Notes: generated by a model not told the origin, from the letters alone. A DNA stretch of 63,913 nt, filler included, from Thraustochytrium aureum (GCA_012862495.1; 5 parts of 3 records of this genome joined end to end with filler, not necessarily neighbours in it), one strand, 5' to 3'. Counted from the first letter of the whole stretch, positions 12,081 to 24,565 are shown. Translations and numbers: made by a program.

Positions 12081-12906
12081 TCCCGCGTCGCCCGCCAAGA
12101 TACTCTCGCAGACGTGACGTTCTTCTGCTGCTGCTCTGCTTTCCTTGACGCAATACTNNNNNNNNNNNNNNNNNNNNNNNNNNNNNNNNNNNNNNNNNNN
12201 NNNNNNNNNNNNNNNNNNNNNNNNNNNNNNNNNNNNNNNNNNNNNNNNNNNNNNNNNNNNNNNNNNNNNNNNNNNNNNNNNNNNNNNNNNNNNNNNNNNN
12301 NNNNNNNNNNNNNNNNNNNNNNNNNNNNNNNNNNNNNNNNNNNNNNNNNNNNNNNNNNNNNNNNNNNNNNNNNNNNNNNNNNNNNNNNNNNNNNNNNNNN
12401 NNNNNNNNNNNNNNNNNNNNNNNNNNNNNNNNNNNNNNNNNNNNNNNNNNNNNNNNNNNNNNNNNNNNNNNNNNNNNNNNNNNNNNNNNNNNNNNNNNNN
12501 NNNNNNNNNNNNNNNNNNNNNNNNNNNNNNNNNNNNNNNNNNNNNNNNNNNNNNNNNNNNNNNNNNNNNNNNNNNNNNNNNNNNNNNNNNNNNNNNNNNN
12601 NNNNNNNNNNNNNNNNNNNNNNNNNNNNNNNNNNNNNNNNNNNNNNNNNNNNNNNNNNNNNNNNNNNNNNNNNNNNNNNNNNNNNNNNNNNNNNNNNNNN
12701 NNNNNNNNNNNNNNNNNNNNNNNNNNNNNNNNNNNNNNNNNNNNNNNNNNNNNNNNNNNNNNNNNNNNNNNNNNNNNNNNNNNNNNNNNNNNNNNNNNNN
12801 NNNNNNNNNNNNNNNNNNNNNNNNNNNNNNNNNNNNNNNNNNNNNNNNNNNNNNNNNNNNNNNNNNNNNNNNNNNNNNNNNNNNNNNNNNNNNNNNNNNN
12901 NNNNNN

Positions 12907-15605
12907 TGGCGGTCAGCGCGCCAGCGGACGCAACACTGGCAGCAGCCTCGCACAACTTCGGGGTCCAGCGGCTGCTGAGCGCCCCGTCCGAGGCCTCGTT
13001 GGACAACTTTGCGCAATGCTCGAAAGAGCTAGACGGTGCAGAATCGCAGCTCCACAGCGACGAAATGGCGGGCGACGGGCTGATCCTGAAAGGCACAGTG
13101 ACACTACGTCTGCTCAAGGACAAGTTGGGGGCCCTGATCGGCATGCTTGAGAAGCTGCGCGACGAGAAACTAGGCCCCGACTCGATCTCCAATGACGTAA
13201 AAAGCGGCCGCGACGAGGCCGCCGCGACACGGTCCGCGCTATTGAACCGCGTTTCAGAGTGCGTCACGCGGACCAACGAGCTGGTGATCAACATAAACGA
13301 GATCATCAAGGAGAGGTTGGCTTGGAAGAATGGCGGCATTCTCAAGATGCTGGTCGCGACCTGGAACGTTGGGAATGCCCCCCCCGACCCGGCAGAGATG
13401 CACCACTGGATCCCAGAGAACGGGGGTGGAAACGACATAATCGTTGTCGGCCTTCAGGAGTGCGAGTACGAGCTGGACGCTGACATGCGCGAGGTGGTCT
13501 TCCGCACAAAGCTGGCCAAGAAGCAGACCCGGCAAAACCTCGCCAAGACGGGCGCCGCCGCGCACGCGCGTGCCTCGTCGGGCGTGCTCGCGGAAAACCA
13601 CGCCACGCACAAGCTCGGCGCCTACACGCTGTACTACAGGCTCAAGTTTGAAAACGGAATCAAAAAGACCATAACGTCGAGCGTGGGCGTCCACGTCCTC
13701 AGCATGATTCTGGACCACGTCGGAGCGCAAGAGTACTTTTTGGTGCGCGATTCAGAGCTTGCTCAGATGCGCATGTTTGTCCTCGCACGCAAAATGCACA
13801 TGCACGCCATCGCCGACGTGCAGTACGCGTCCGAGGCGACGGGGATGGGCGGCATCGCGGCGAACAAGGGCGCCGTCGCCGTCTCGCTGCGCCTCTACGG
13901 GCTTCGATTGGGCTGGATCAGCTGCCACCTCGCGGCGCACCGCAAGGCAAAGTTTGTCAAGGCCCGAAACGACAACTTGCGCGAAATCTTCCGCCTGCTA
14001 GACAAAAAGCTCTCGAGCAGGGGCTACAACCTCACTTCGGAGCTGGACCACCTGTTCCTGCTCGGGGACCTCAACTACAGGATTCGCAAAGGGGTCTTTG
14101 ACAACACCGCACCAACCGGTGACGCTGACGCGGGAGAGCCGAGCCAGGCACCAAACCGTCCGTCGGACCCTCAAGCCGAGCGCGACGATGACATGTATCA
14201 AGCCGAGCGCGACGACGACGTGTCTCAAGCGCCGCGTCCGCCGCAAAACCTGGTGGCGACCGTGACCAAGACGTGCCTGACTGCAACGGGGGGCTCAGCC
14301 AAGACACTGGACGAGGAGGACCTGGACGACTTGGACGGCAACGAAAGCGACGATGCCCTTGGGTCAGGCGAGAAGGAGGCGATACAGGCAACAGTAGTCA
14401 CCCGAGAGTCCGGAGCGCAGGCACGGACGGGCGACATGCGCCACTGCGACTCCACTGCGCTGGAGTGGAATGCTGTAGCGCAGCTGATTCACGAAAAGCG
14501 CTGGGACGAGCTCATGGAAGCGGACCAGCTCAAGTTTGAGATGAAAAGCCGCCGTGTACTGACCTCGTTCATCGAGGGCGCCTACCACTTTCCTCCCACG
14601 TTCAAGGTGAGGCGCAAGATAGACACCAGCTTGTATGTGGCTCAGCGGTGTCCCTCCTATTGTGACCGGATACTGTGGCACTCGGTCCCAGGGCGCAAAT
14701 CCAAAATCAAGCAGCTCTCCTTGGTTGGATGCTCGAGAGTGACCACCTCTGACCACAAGCCGGTTTCCTCAGAGTTCGCGCTCGAAGTCAAGCCGGCCCC
14801 GCACGAGAGGCAGGCCGCCACCTCAGCCAGCATGCGCAGCTCGCGTCGCGGCTTGCGGCTGCCACGGCTGCCGCTCACGCCGCGAGGTGCACGCGGCGGG
14901 AGCGAGACCCGAGCTGGAAGCGAGGGAGAGACGCCGGGCTCGGAGGCTGTACTCCCTCGGTCTTGGACGCACTGCGAGCCAGTCGAGGCTGGCGGGATGC
15001 GAATCCGCATCAGGGACCTGCGGGTCAAGGACCTGATGAGCATCGACTATGACGGCCAGGCAGACCCGTACATCACCTTTGCTTCGCCAAACCTGTTTCA
15101 GCCCCATCACGCGGGCTACAACCCAATGAAAGGTGCGGCGCAGACGCCGGTGCTCAAGCACCGGCTTAATGCAGAGTGGAAGGACGAAGACGTTCCCGTG
15201 ATTGCTTGCCCACCTGAATTTCCAACCGCCAAGTCGCTCAGGGGATTACACCTCGTCATTTGCGTCTGGGACCACGGCCACCTCTCGCGCGGCAACTCGA
15301 TGGGCCAGGCAATACTCGGGCTGCAGCCCGCGGCTGACCACTTCGAGTCGGAGGTTGCGGCGCAGGTTGGAACGCCGTACAACCGATTTGCTTCGAAGCC
15401 GCGCAAGTTTGCGCTTCCGATTCTCGTGCACGGCCGGCAGCATGGCGTCGTGCGCGCCTCGATCGAGCTGCTCGGCTCCGCGCACGACCTTCAGGGCGAT
15501 CTCCCCGACCAATCTTTGGCGGAAGCGCCAGCGGGCGCGAAATCTGTAGCTGACAAGTCTGGCCAGCACAAGAAGGGCGTGCCCCTTTGCTGCGATCTCC
15601 TTTGA
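12907..15605 (+). CDS. Inositol polyphosphate 5-phosphatase with C-terminal C2 domain and CaaX box; 5' end in gap
   Basis: ATWNVGN, GLQEC, NKGAV, CHLAAH, GDLNYR, PSYCDRILW, SDHKPV; C2 motif DLMSIDYDGQADPY...VWDHG..MGQ; terminal CCDLL*. Confidence 0.92.
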
Positions 15606-16485
15606 CTTTCGCGGCCACCGCATGTGGTTGGCGGGACGCAATTGAATACCTCTAGCTAGCTAGAGGCTTGCTGAACCCGAAACCAAAACACACCCACCAC
15701 TTCGCCTGATCGCCGTTGCCGAGCAACCAAACCGCAAAGGAACCAGCGAGCGGCCGCCCAGCAAGTGCCAGCACCAGACCAAATCAGCTCGTCATGGAGA
15801 GGCAGGCCACAGAGCGGCCGGTGGCCGAGGGCGATTTTTCCGACGCCCAGAGACGCGGTCGCGCTGTCGCGCCATGGAGCGCGGCGCTCGCGTTGTCGAC
15901 CGACCACACGGAGCTTGAGCAGCAGGCAGGCCCCAGTCACGGAGCTTGAGCAACAAGGCCCCAATCACAAGCGGCCTCGACCATGGTGGGCCCTGGGTAG
16001 AAGTTCTTGGCGGAGAACGACACAGTACACCTTTGCCCTGACTCAACTTGAATCTTGTCAATCAATCAAAACGTGAGCTGCGCACCGAAATACAAAGCCC
16101 CTGAGCCAAGTCGCGCCTCAGCGCGTGAAAGTATCACGGCCCAGCTCTGGCAGCGGCGATCTACTGGTAGGGCAGACAGGTGGCTGGCTGGCTGGCAGGC
16201 TGGCTGGCAGGCTTGCAGGNNNNNNNNNNNNNNNNNNNNNNNNNNNNNNNNNNNNNNNNNNNNNNNNNNNNNNNNNNNNNNNNNNNNNNNNNNNNNNNNN
16301 NNNNNNNNNNNNNNNNNNNNNNNNNNNNNNNNNNNNNNNNNNNNNNNNNNNNNNNNNNNNNNNNNNNNNCAGGTGGCTGGCTGGCTGGCAGGCTGGCAGG
16401 CGTGCAGGCTTGCAGGGCTGCAGCTCAAGGTGGCGGACGGCTTGCGTTGACGAAGCTCAGGTTTGATCAAGAAGACCAGTACACG

Positions 16486-17642
16486 ATGCCCGAGCTCCCC
16501 GAGGTGGAGTTTAGCAGGCACCAGCTGGAGGAGCTGCTGGTTGGCAAGGAGATTACCGATGTGGTGGCCGTCGAGTCGGGCGGAGGCAACCGCGAGGGGT
16601 TGTTTGACGAGATTGTGTTTGAGGCTGCCACCGTTCCTGACGCAAGGACCTTGAAAGCCGCCCTGGTCGGCTTTGTCTGCGCCGCGGTGCGCCGCAAGGG
16701 CAAGCAGATGTGGTGGGAGCTCGGCAAGGGCTCGAACGGCGCCGTGCCGACCCTCTTTCCGCTGATGCATTACGGAATGACCGGCAGCCTCGTTGTGAAA
16801 GGCGCCAGGGTGATGGCTTACAAGTCTTTCAGCGTGGACGAGTCCAAGTGGCCGCCAAAGTTCACCAAATGCGAGATAGTCTTTGCGGACAAGACGCGCG
16901 TGGCGTTCTGCGACCCGCGGCGGCTCGGCAGGATCAAGCTGCGCGCCGATCCGCCGGCGGAGCCACCCATCAAGTTGCTTGCGCCAGACCCGCTTTTCGA
17001 GATGCCAAGCAAAGAGGCATTTGCCGCAAAGGTGGCAAAGTACAGCGCGCCGCTCAAGGCTGTGCTTCTCGACCAGAACAAGGTGGTCTGCGGCGTGGGC
17101 AACTGGATGGCGGACGAGATCGCGTTCCAGGCAAGGCTGCATCCAGAGTCGAGCTGCAACGCGCTTTCGCGCGAGCAGTGCGATCTCGTTCACGATAGCA
17201 TCACCAAAGTCGTGGAGGTCGCCTGCAGGCTTCTTAAAGACGGCAAGGAACTTCCGGAGGACTGGCTCTTTCACCGGCGATGGGGCAAAGGCAAGGGGAA
17301 GGGCAACAAGTACGGCGACCTTGCGATTGAGTTCTCCACCGTTGGCGGGCGCACCACCGCGGTTGTTCCGGCGCTGCAACCTCGAGCGGGCGCAAGCGTT
17401 GGCGAGGGCAAACGATCTTCAAAGTGCTCGAACGCCAAGGTGTTAAAGCGGAGCACCAGGAGGCACAATCTGAGGCTGGCGTGGGGCACGGGCCGGCCGA
17501 GGAGGCCGAGCCAAAGCGGCGAAGGGCTACAGGCATCAAGGCAAAGGGAGAGTCCACCCCTTCGAGTCAGGTCGGGCAAGGCGGCAAGCGAAGCCCCGCG
17601 AGCGGCAAGGCCACTGCTGCATCCAAAAAGCGCGCAAGGTAA
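16486..17642 (+). CDS. FPG: Formamidopyrimidine-DNA glycosylase (plant/fungal-type, zincless finger); C-terminal tail probably frameshifted (alternative stop 17697)
   Basis: N-terminal MPELPEVE, RKGK, HYGMTG, WPPKF, DPRRLGRI, H2TH LKAVLLDQ..VCGVGNWMADE, WLFHRRWGK, VGGRTT; basic tail ...SKKRAR* in the shifted frame. Confidence 0.92.
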
Positions 17643-19051
17643 AAGCGAAGGTCGACCCTGGCGACCACGACGCCAAGGCCTCAGCGGCTCCCACTGATGA
17701 TGGCAGAAAAAAACGCAATCGAGCCACCGGCGCCTCGGCTCAACCCGCTGAAAATCGTCGTTCGACGCGGTCTCGTCGGCCTGTCGCCTAAACCTGCCGC
17801 CGCGCAGAAGCAAACGCACAAACGCACAAACGCACTCACTCTCTAGAAAGAAACGTCCTGTTGACGGACTCCGTCGCCGCCGTGCCCCGGCCGGGCGCAG
17901 GTCCCAGGGCAGCTTGTTTTTTTTCGATGCTCACGAGCCTTTTTTTTTTCAGTACATTTCTATCCGTTGCCACCATGATGGGGCCACTGCGCAGCCGCGA
18001 ACCATCACAAGGCGCGCATTGCGCGCCGCGCGACTTTGCTTCTCGCTAGTTGCACTGCACAGGTGCCGCTACGGCGATGGACCCGTGGTTCGAGGCCCGG
18101 GTCCTGGAATGGGCGCTGCAAGGCCTGGAGGACTTGCCTCCCTCGAGCTCAAACCAAAGCTCCGAGCCAACGAGCGCGCTTGGACGCGACGGATATCCTT
18201 GGAAATGCTGCGTGCGCGCAGCTCGGGGTGTTGTTCGGGTGGACGCTGGAGCTGACTTGCCGATTCGCGCGGCGAGGGAGGAGCCGCCAAGGCCGCGCAC
18301 GNNNNNNNNNNNNNNNNNNNNNNNNNNNNNNNNNNNNNNNNNNNNNNNNNNNNNNNNNNNNNNNNNNNNNNNNNNNNNNNNNNNNNNNNNNNNNNNNNNN
18401 NNNNNNNNNNNNNNNNNNNNNNNNNNNNNNNNNNNNNNNNNNNNNNNNNNNNNNNNNNNNNNNNNNNNNNNNNNNGTCGGCCCAGGGCGTCGGTCACGCG
18501 GAGCTTCCAACAAGCTCGCGGGCCCGCCTGGGCTATCTATATGCGCAGGGGCACGGGTAGAGGACGTAATCTACCTTAAGGGACGCAACGGGCACGTATT
18601 CGAGCAAGGGCGAGGCTCGTGGCATGGCGCGTGAAGAGCTCCCGCGCCTCGGGCAAATCTAGGAGCGTCGGCCGCGGTATGGAGGCACAAAACCTCGCCG
18701 CGGTCCCAAGACAACGCACTCCCCAGGTCGCTGCCAACAGCCGCGTTTCTCAAAGGATGGCTGCGGTGGATGAAGGGTTTGTGTTGCAACTCCCTACCAG
18801 GCCGCAATCTGCGAGGCCGCTGCACCGCCGTGCACTGCCAGACCCAACACCGGCCACCATCGGCAACCACCGGAAGCGGCGACCCTCGTCAGGGCGGCCG
18901 AGCTCACCGCAGCGCACAAAACAGCTGCCGTGGACTTTTGTCGTCGACCTCGACCTCGAGATCGCTCCTGCAGCAGCGGCAAGTCGGCGCGATTGCCCGG
19001 GGCGGGCGCAGAAACCTGAGCAAGTTTAGAAACCGCGCGCTGCGTGAGCGC

Positions 19052-21426
19052 TTACATGCAGTCTGCAGTCGCTCGGCACAATCTTATCTTTTTCGATCTT
19101 GATCTCAAAAGGTTTTGAAGAATCATGAGACGAATTGCTTTGTTGTATCGAGCGAACCCCCCGCTCCGTGGCACTCTCTGCTGCGAACGTTGTCCAAGGC
19201 TGCGTGTTCGCAGTTTACTGGCGTGCGCGAAGCACGCAGCGCAGAACGAGCAGCATGACAAGCAAAAGCAGAGCCAGGACTACAGTGAGCGCGATTGCGG
19301 CAGGGGGCCATGTTGTGTTGGTGGTGTGCTCGAGCAGGCGTCCGCCTGCAATCTCCGTCACCGCGTCACCGTCGAAGCGCACAAGCGCCGATGCGATGGT
19401 GCTAAAGAAGACGGCGCCGTCAGCAAGAACGGGCGAGCTCGTGATCGGCGAGGCGGCCTGTGCAGAAGCAAGCACTTCGAGCGAGGCCGGGTCGAGGATG
19501 TGCACCACGTCGCCGTCCGCTAGCACAAGCGCACCGTTAGCGTCTTGCGCGATCCGGAAGCGGCGCGGGCGCTCCTCCGCGCTGAACGAGGCAGAGGCGG
19601 CAAGCTGGCCAGTGGAAGCATTGTAGCGGGCCACAACGCCATTCGACATGGCAACAAAGACGTCCTCGCCGTCCATGGACACTGCGGGCCCGCCGTGGGC
19701 ATGGCCTTGAAGCGGAACGGCCCAGACCTGCTCACCGGCGAGGTCAAACTTGACGAGCGCGTTGGCGGTCTCGCGTTCCGACGTGACGTACAGCGAGCGG
19801 TTGGCCTGTTCAATTGCCGGCATGGCGTGCACATGCCCCGCCGTTTCGAGGCGCCAGAGTCGCTGGCCGTTGACCAGCGCATAACGCTCGACGAATCCGC
19901 TTCGGCACGCCAGCACAACGGCCTGCGAGTCCAGCAGTGCGAGGCCTTGCACGACACGGTCGGCCGAGTCATCGTCCCTGCACACTGCACGCTTCCATGC
20001 CCGGGTCGGCTCAGAGAGGGCTTGGCTGCCGGCGTAGAGCTTGTAGAGGAATGCCGGCGTGATGCCTGGCGTTGCAGCGACCGCGACCATGACGTAATCG
20101 CTGTCGGCGGGGACAGCGGCGGCAGCGCGAACCGCCCCGCCAAGGCTCCAGGACCTCTTGAGCGTGCCGTCGGCGGCGCTTAGCTGGTAAAAGGTGCCGA
20201 GCGAGTCGCCGAAGAAGAGGTTGTCCGAGGTGCGCGGGCCGAGAACAGGCTGAGCCACCACCGCGACGCCTGCCGCGGGCAGGACAAACTCCCAATTGAT
20301 CTCGCCTGTGCGCGCGTCAGCGCAAAAGACCACTGCGCGCGACCCGTTGGCCGAGGTGCTCGTGGCGATGATCTTGCCGCCGTCGCCAAGGACGGGAGCA
20401 CCGCTCTGCGCGGCACCCGGGAGCGCCCCAGGAACGGCCCAAGCGGGCCCAAACGAGGTCTCGTCGAGCGCGACCTCAGGGAAGCGGCGTCCGTTGAACA
20501 TAAAGCCGGGCGCCGTCGAGTCGGCATAGCCCGCCCCTGTGGGGTCGAGGCCGTAATTTTGCGCGTGAGGTGCGTCTCGATATCGTCGCAACGGAGCGTG
20601 CAAGCCGCGGCCGCCGAACCTTGGGCTTGGTCTGCGTCGGCGAGTGCGTCGAGCCGCTTGTTGGACTCGGCCACGCACATGTTCTTGTGCGCGGTGAGGT
20701 CCGCGCCGTTGCAGCCCGGCCGAGGCAGGACGCGAGCCCGGTGAACATGTCCTGGACCGTTCCGCAGCTAGTGGCACTCACGTCGAGGAGGCTGGCGCGC
20801 GCCTCCAGGCAGGCGCGCTGGCGGACTGTGCAGCTCTTGAAGTCGCCGAGGCTGGTGATGAAGTCGCCGATCGCGAACGAGACTCCCTGCAGGCTGTTCG
20901 GGTCGGAGGCGTCCAAGACGAGATCCTCCGCAGTGTGCTTCTCAAGCGCATTCTTCATGCCGTTGGTGGGAAAGGCGGTGGCCGCCACGATCATGGAGCC
21001 AAACTTGTCGCGAAGTCGCGCCGTAAGTTGCTCCGACTTGACCCTGTCGTTGTTCCCGAGCAAGCCGTCGGTCAGCATGACCACCACGGGGCGCTTTGGC
21101 CCGTAGTCGCTCACTGCGTCTGTTTGGGCCTTGGTTTGGAACTCGTCATCGCTGATTTTAATCCAGTCGCGCACTTGGGCAAGCGCGCCAAAGGCGCACG
21201 AGTAGCCAGTAATCTGTTGGTTGAGCAGGATGCCGAAGGAGTCCTCGATGGCGACCGGGTCGTTGTTGGGCTCGAGGATCACCTTGCGATCCTGGCCTGT
21301 TCCGGGGCACCTAAAGACGGTGATCGACACGCGGGGGTCGGGCTGGTTGGCCGACCTGCACACCTGGCGCACAACCTCGTGCGCCTCCTTCCCGTAATCG
21401 TTCAGCATGCTCCAGCACGGCTTTCG
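19052..21426 (-). CDS. vWA-like + PQQ/BamB-like beta-propeller single-pass membrane protein; several frameshifts; 5' end in gap
   Basis: vWA-like VVVMLTDG in ORF 20476..21408; propeller blades ADARTGEINWEF, LSAADGTLKRSW, LVNGQRLWRL, DLAGEQVWAV; TM segment AAIALTVVLALLLLVML; stop at 19215 or, with a frameshift, 19052. Confidence 0.65.
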
Positions 21427-21527
21427 NNNNNNNNNNNNNNNNNNNNNNNNNNNNNNNNNNNNNNNNNNNNTTAATTAATTAANNNNNNNNNNNNNNNNNN
21501 NNNNNNNNNNNNNNNNNNNNNNNNNNA

Positions 21528-22239
21528 GTCTGAGGCGGTCAGGGCGTGGGCAGCGAGGTGTGGAGCGGCGTTTTGCAGGTTTGACCTGCTGGGGCACGGC
21601 GACTCGGACGGAGATTTGCGGGACCTGACCGTGTCCGGGACCGTGCAGGACGCCAAGAAGGTGATCGAGAAGGTGATCGAGTGGCTGCCGCAGAGCGCTC
21701 AAGGCGTGCAGCCGCGCTCGGTGATGCTCGTCGGCGCGTCCCTCGGCGGGCTCGTCTCGGCCATGGTCGCAGCCGAGGAGCCGCAGCGGCTCCACATCCA
21801 CAGCGTCGTTTTGCTTGGCGGCGCGTTCCAGTTCGCTGACCGCATCGGAGCAAGCAGACAAGAGGACGGGCAAGTCGTCATCGACTCACCGTATTGCGGC
21901 CGGCTGGTTCTGGCAGGGTCTGCTGCTGAGGACGCCGCCTCGCTCCAGCCGGACGAGGAGCTTGCCCGCAAACTTGCGCGCGCGCAGATCCCTGTTCTTG
22001 TGGCACACGGTGCCGCAGACCAAGTCGTCCCGCTGGAGGCTGCAGCTGCGTTTGTTCGCGCAGCTGGGCAAGTTGCGACGCTCTTTGAGGTTGCCGCTTC
22101 CAGCGGAGGGGATCACAGGCTGAACGAGGCAATCGATGCGATTCTGGCGAGGTCAGCGGCGTTGGGCATGTGGGGCGCCCCATGGCATGGTGAAGCCCCG
22201 AACGCGGCGACTAGGGAGCCGCCGATCATTTGCGAATAG
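21528..22239 (+). CDS. Alpha/beta hydrolase, ABHD10-like; 5' end in gap
   Basis: RFDLLGHGDSDG, nucleophile LVGASLGG, HGAADQVVP, GGDHRL. Confidence 0.85.
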
Positions 22240-22303
22240 CTGTTTTCCATGAAACACGAGCAGGTTTGCTGTTATTGCTGTCAGATCGTTGCCGAGCAAC
22301 CAC

Positions 22304-23779
22304 TTAGAGGGTTGCCGAGGCGCAAAAGAGGAATGGGCACAGGCGCGGCAGCGTTGCGACAAACGAGGACGCGCGCTCAATAAACTCTGCCAGGACCAGG
22401 TCGACGACCGCCTGGTCCACCGCACCATCCGTCTCGAAGAGCCGCGCGACGGTCGCCGCCTCGGCCCGCAGTACAGCAGCCGCCTCTGGGTAGTCTTGCA
22501 CGAACCGCTCTCCGCCATTCACCATGTGCACCGGGCATCGTGAGGCGTCGAATCCGGCGCAGCCCAGCGCGACAGCAAGCGGCTCTTGCGCCGCGTACTT
22601 GTCTTCCGCGATAGTTTCGCGCAAGAAGGCCGCCGGGTCCGAGTCTGGGGACACCAGCCGCACGACTTCGAAAAGGAAGACCGCTAATTCGCTCATGAGC
22701 TGCACGGCTTGCACGCCCTCGCCCGGCGCAACAAAGCGTTCAGGAAGCACCTCGCGAAGCGAGGCAACGCGCTCGGCGATGTCTTCACCGCGAGCGCGAG
22801 ACCATGTGTTGAGGCTCACGGAGAGCTCTGCGTCGCCGCACGGGAACGGAGCGACCCGGTGCCCCCAATAAGGCGGCAGGTAGAGCACATCGCCTGGGCC
22901 GAGGTCGGCTACAAGCGCTTTGAGCTGCCGCCTCGCTTGCGCGCCGATGGCCTCAAACTGCGACTGCCGCGCGTTGGGGTGGCCCACGGGGTAGAGCTGC
23001 AAGGCGCGCCAGTCCTCGGGCGGCGTGAGCAGGAAACGCTTGCAGCCGCGCACTTGGGCATACATGTTGTGGGCGCCGTCGTAGTGGAGGCCCGTCACAG
23101 CTCCGGGCTTGGCCATCCACAAATTGGTCGAGTACGACAGATCGCCGACCTCGACGTGGCTGGCCACGGCTCCAGGCGGAAGCACCAACATGAACTCGCG
23201 CTCGCCGGCGTCGCGGTCCATCTGCTCGTCACGAAGGGCGGGCAGCCACATCGACGAGAGGTACATGGGGGCCCCATCCGGCGAGAAAAACTGCTGAGCG
23301 GTCATGTTGACGACGTTAACCTTCGGCTCGGGGATCGCGCGCCGCACCGAGGCGCCAGTGTGCCGCATAAATTGCTTGTCGTCCTCGTACACGAAGACGG
23401 GGCTCCCGTCTGCATTGACGCGGACGTCGAGGAGGGGCGAGGCGAGGTGCTCGCCCAAATAGTCCTCGGTCCACTTTTCTCGGGCTGCCCACGAAGCGGC
23501 TGGGCTCCCCTTGATAATTACAGGCTCGTCAAAGCTCGAGGGGTCGACGGGGAAGTTGGCTAGCCTGGCGCGGCCCCGAACCTGCATCCACGGCGGCACA
23601 GCAAAGCCTGGATCTTCTGGGGCCACGTTGTGCTCGAGCCCAAACCAGGCGTCAACAGCGCGCACGTAGCCTGCCGGCAGCCACTCGCGGCGCTCAAACT
23701 CCCTGCCGGACTTTACCCACAACGCCGGCGCAACGCTGGCGGAAGCCCCGAGCGCAACAACAGCCCAAGCCCAGCGCAT
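22304..23779 (-). CDS. JmjC/cupin_8 2OG-Fe(II) oxygenase with signal peptide
   Basis: MRWAWAVVALGASA signal; EPVIIKG..W.A..KWT.DYL; NLWM...TGLHYD.AHN.Y.QV.G.KRF; LGPGDVLYLPPYWGHRV (HxD...H triad). Confidence 0.88.
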   Translation of the reverse strand: MRWAWAVVALGASASVAPALWVKSGREFERREWLPAGYVRAVDAWFGLEHNVAPEDPGFAVPPWMQVRGRARLANFPVDPSSFDEPVIIKGSPAASWAAREKWTEDYLGEHLASPLLDVRVNADGSPVFVYEDDKQFMRHTGASVRRAIPEPKVNVVNMTAQQFFSPDGAPMYLSSMWLPALRDEQMDRDAGEREFMLVLPPGAVASHVEVGDLSYSTNLWMAKPGAVTGLHYDGAHNMYAQVRGCKRFLLTPPEDWRALQLYPVGHPNARQSQFEAIGAQARRQLKALVADLGPGDVLYLPPYWGHRVAPFPCGDAELSVSLNTWSRARGEDIAERVASLREVLPERFVAPGEGVQAVQLMSELAVFLFEVVRLVSPDSDPAAFLRETIAEDKYAAQEPLAVALGCAGFDASRCPVHMVNGGERFVQDYPEAAAVLRAEAATVARLFETDGAVDQAVVDLVLAEFIERASSFVATLPRLCPFLFCASATL

Positions 23780-24359
23780 TGTGGGCCTCCTCGTCGGCCG
23801 ACCGCCCATGTCGGCTTTAGCGCCGTGCGGCCTCGCCCCGCGGCCCATCGCGTCCTCAATCAAGCACGGCCGAGCAAGCACGGCACGGTGCGAGACTCAG
23901 ACTCGGCGTGCGTGTCCAGAGCGCGGCGATACCAGAGCCAGCTCGCCAGAGCAACGCAAGCAGCGCGGTCTTCGCGCCTGCGCTCGTGCGACTGTCCGCA
24001 GGTTGTCACGCGCGCGATCCAGCCTTGTCCTTCCGAGTCTGCAGCTCCCGCAGTTCACCAGTGCATCGCCGCGCTCTGCGCTCCCCCAGTTCACCACACT
24101 CCACTCCGTGTGGTGTGCCCAAAAACAAGCACACGCCTCGCAGCGCACAGAAATAGCGGAACACGGGCACACCATCAATCAGCGGAACACGCAGGACATT
24201 GGTGCACACATCTACGGAATGAGCGGATTCAGCGGAACACGGGCAGTAGAGCACAACGTTCATAAAGAGCGGAACGCAGGTCGAGAAACGAAAGACACAC
24301 CTCACAAGCGCACGGAAACGCCAGACGCGCAGTCGCGCAGAGCCCCGGACGGGCGCGGG

Positions 24360-24565
24360 CGCGAGCCAGCCAGCTCTAGACCAAGCCCGCCAGCTCACTC
24401 TCTAGCTACTAGAGAGAGCCAGAGCTACTCTCTAGAGCTGGAGACCAAGCCAGCCAGCTCTCAAGAGCTAGGGACCAAGCCAGCCAGCGCTTGCCAGCCA
24501 GCGCTTGCCAGCCAGCCTTTGCCAGCCAGCGCTTGCCAGCCAGCCAGCGCTTGCCAGCCAGCTCT
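24360..24565 (+). repeat. Compound low-complexity repeat (AGCC/GCCAGCGCTT and CTCTAGAG units) running into a gap
   Basis: Repeated gcttgccagccagc units and ctctagagct motifs. Confidence 0.85.

Noticed and set aside
14172..14230. 27-bp in-frame duplication (QAERDDD x2) in the 5-phosphatase; other two-copy repeats at about 15906-15968 and 28664-28698
   Set aside because: Ordinary slippage duplications in disordered or intergenic sequence
18050..19029. Possible gene starting MDPWFEARVLEWALQGL and spanning gap 18302-18475
   Set aside because: No recognisable motif and the frame cannot be followed across the gap; insufficient support
21471..21482. TTAATTAATTAA islands centred in N-runs (also about 39802, 47453 and 59614)
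   Set aside because: Identical 12-mer with stops in all six frames, symmetrically padded with Ns: a scaffolding spacer, not biology
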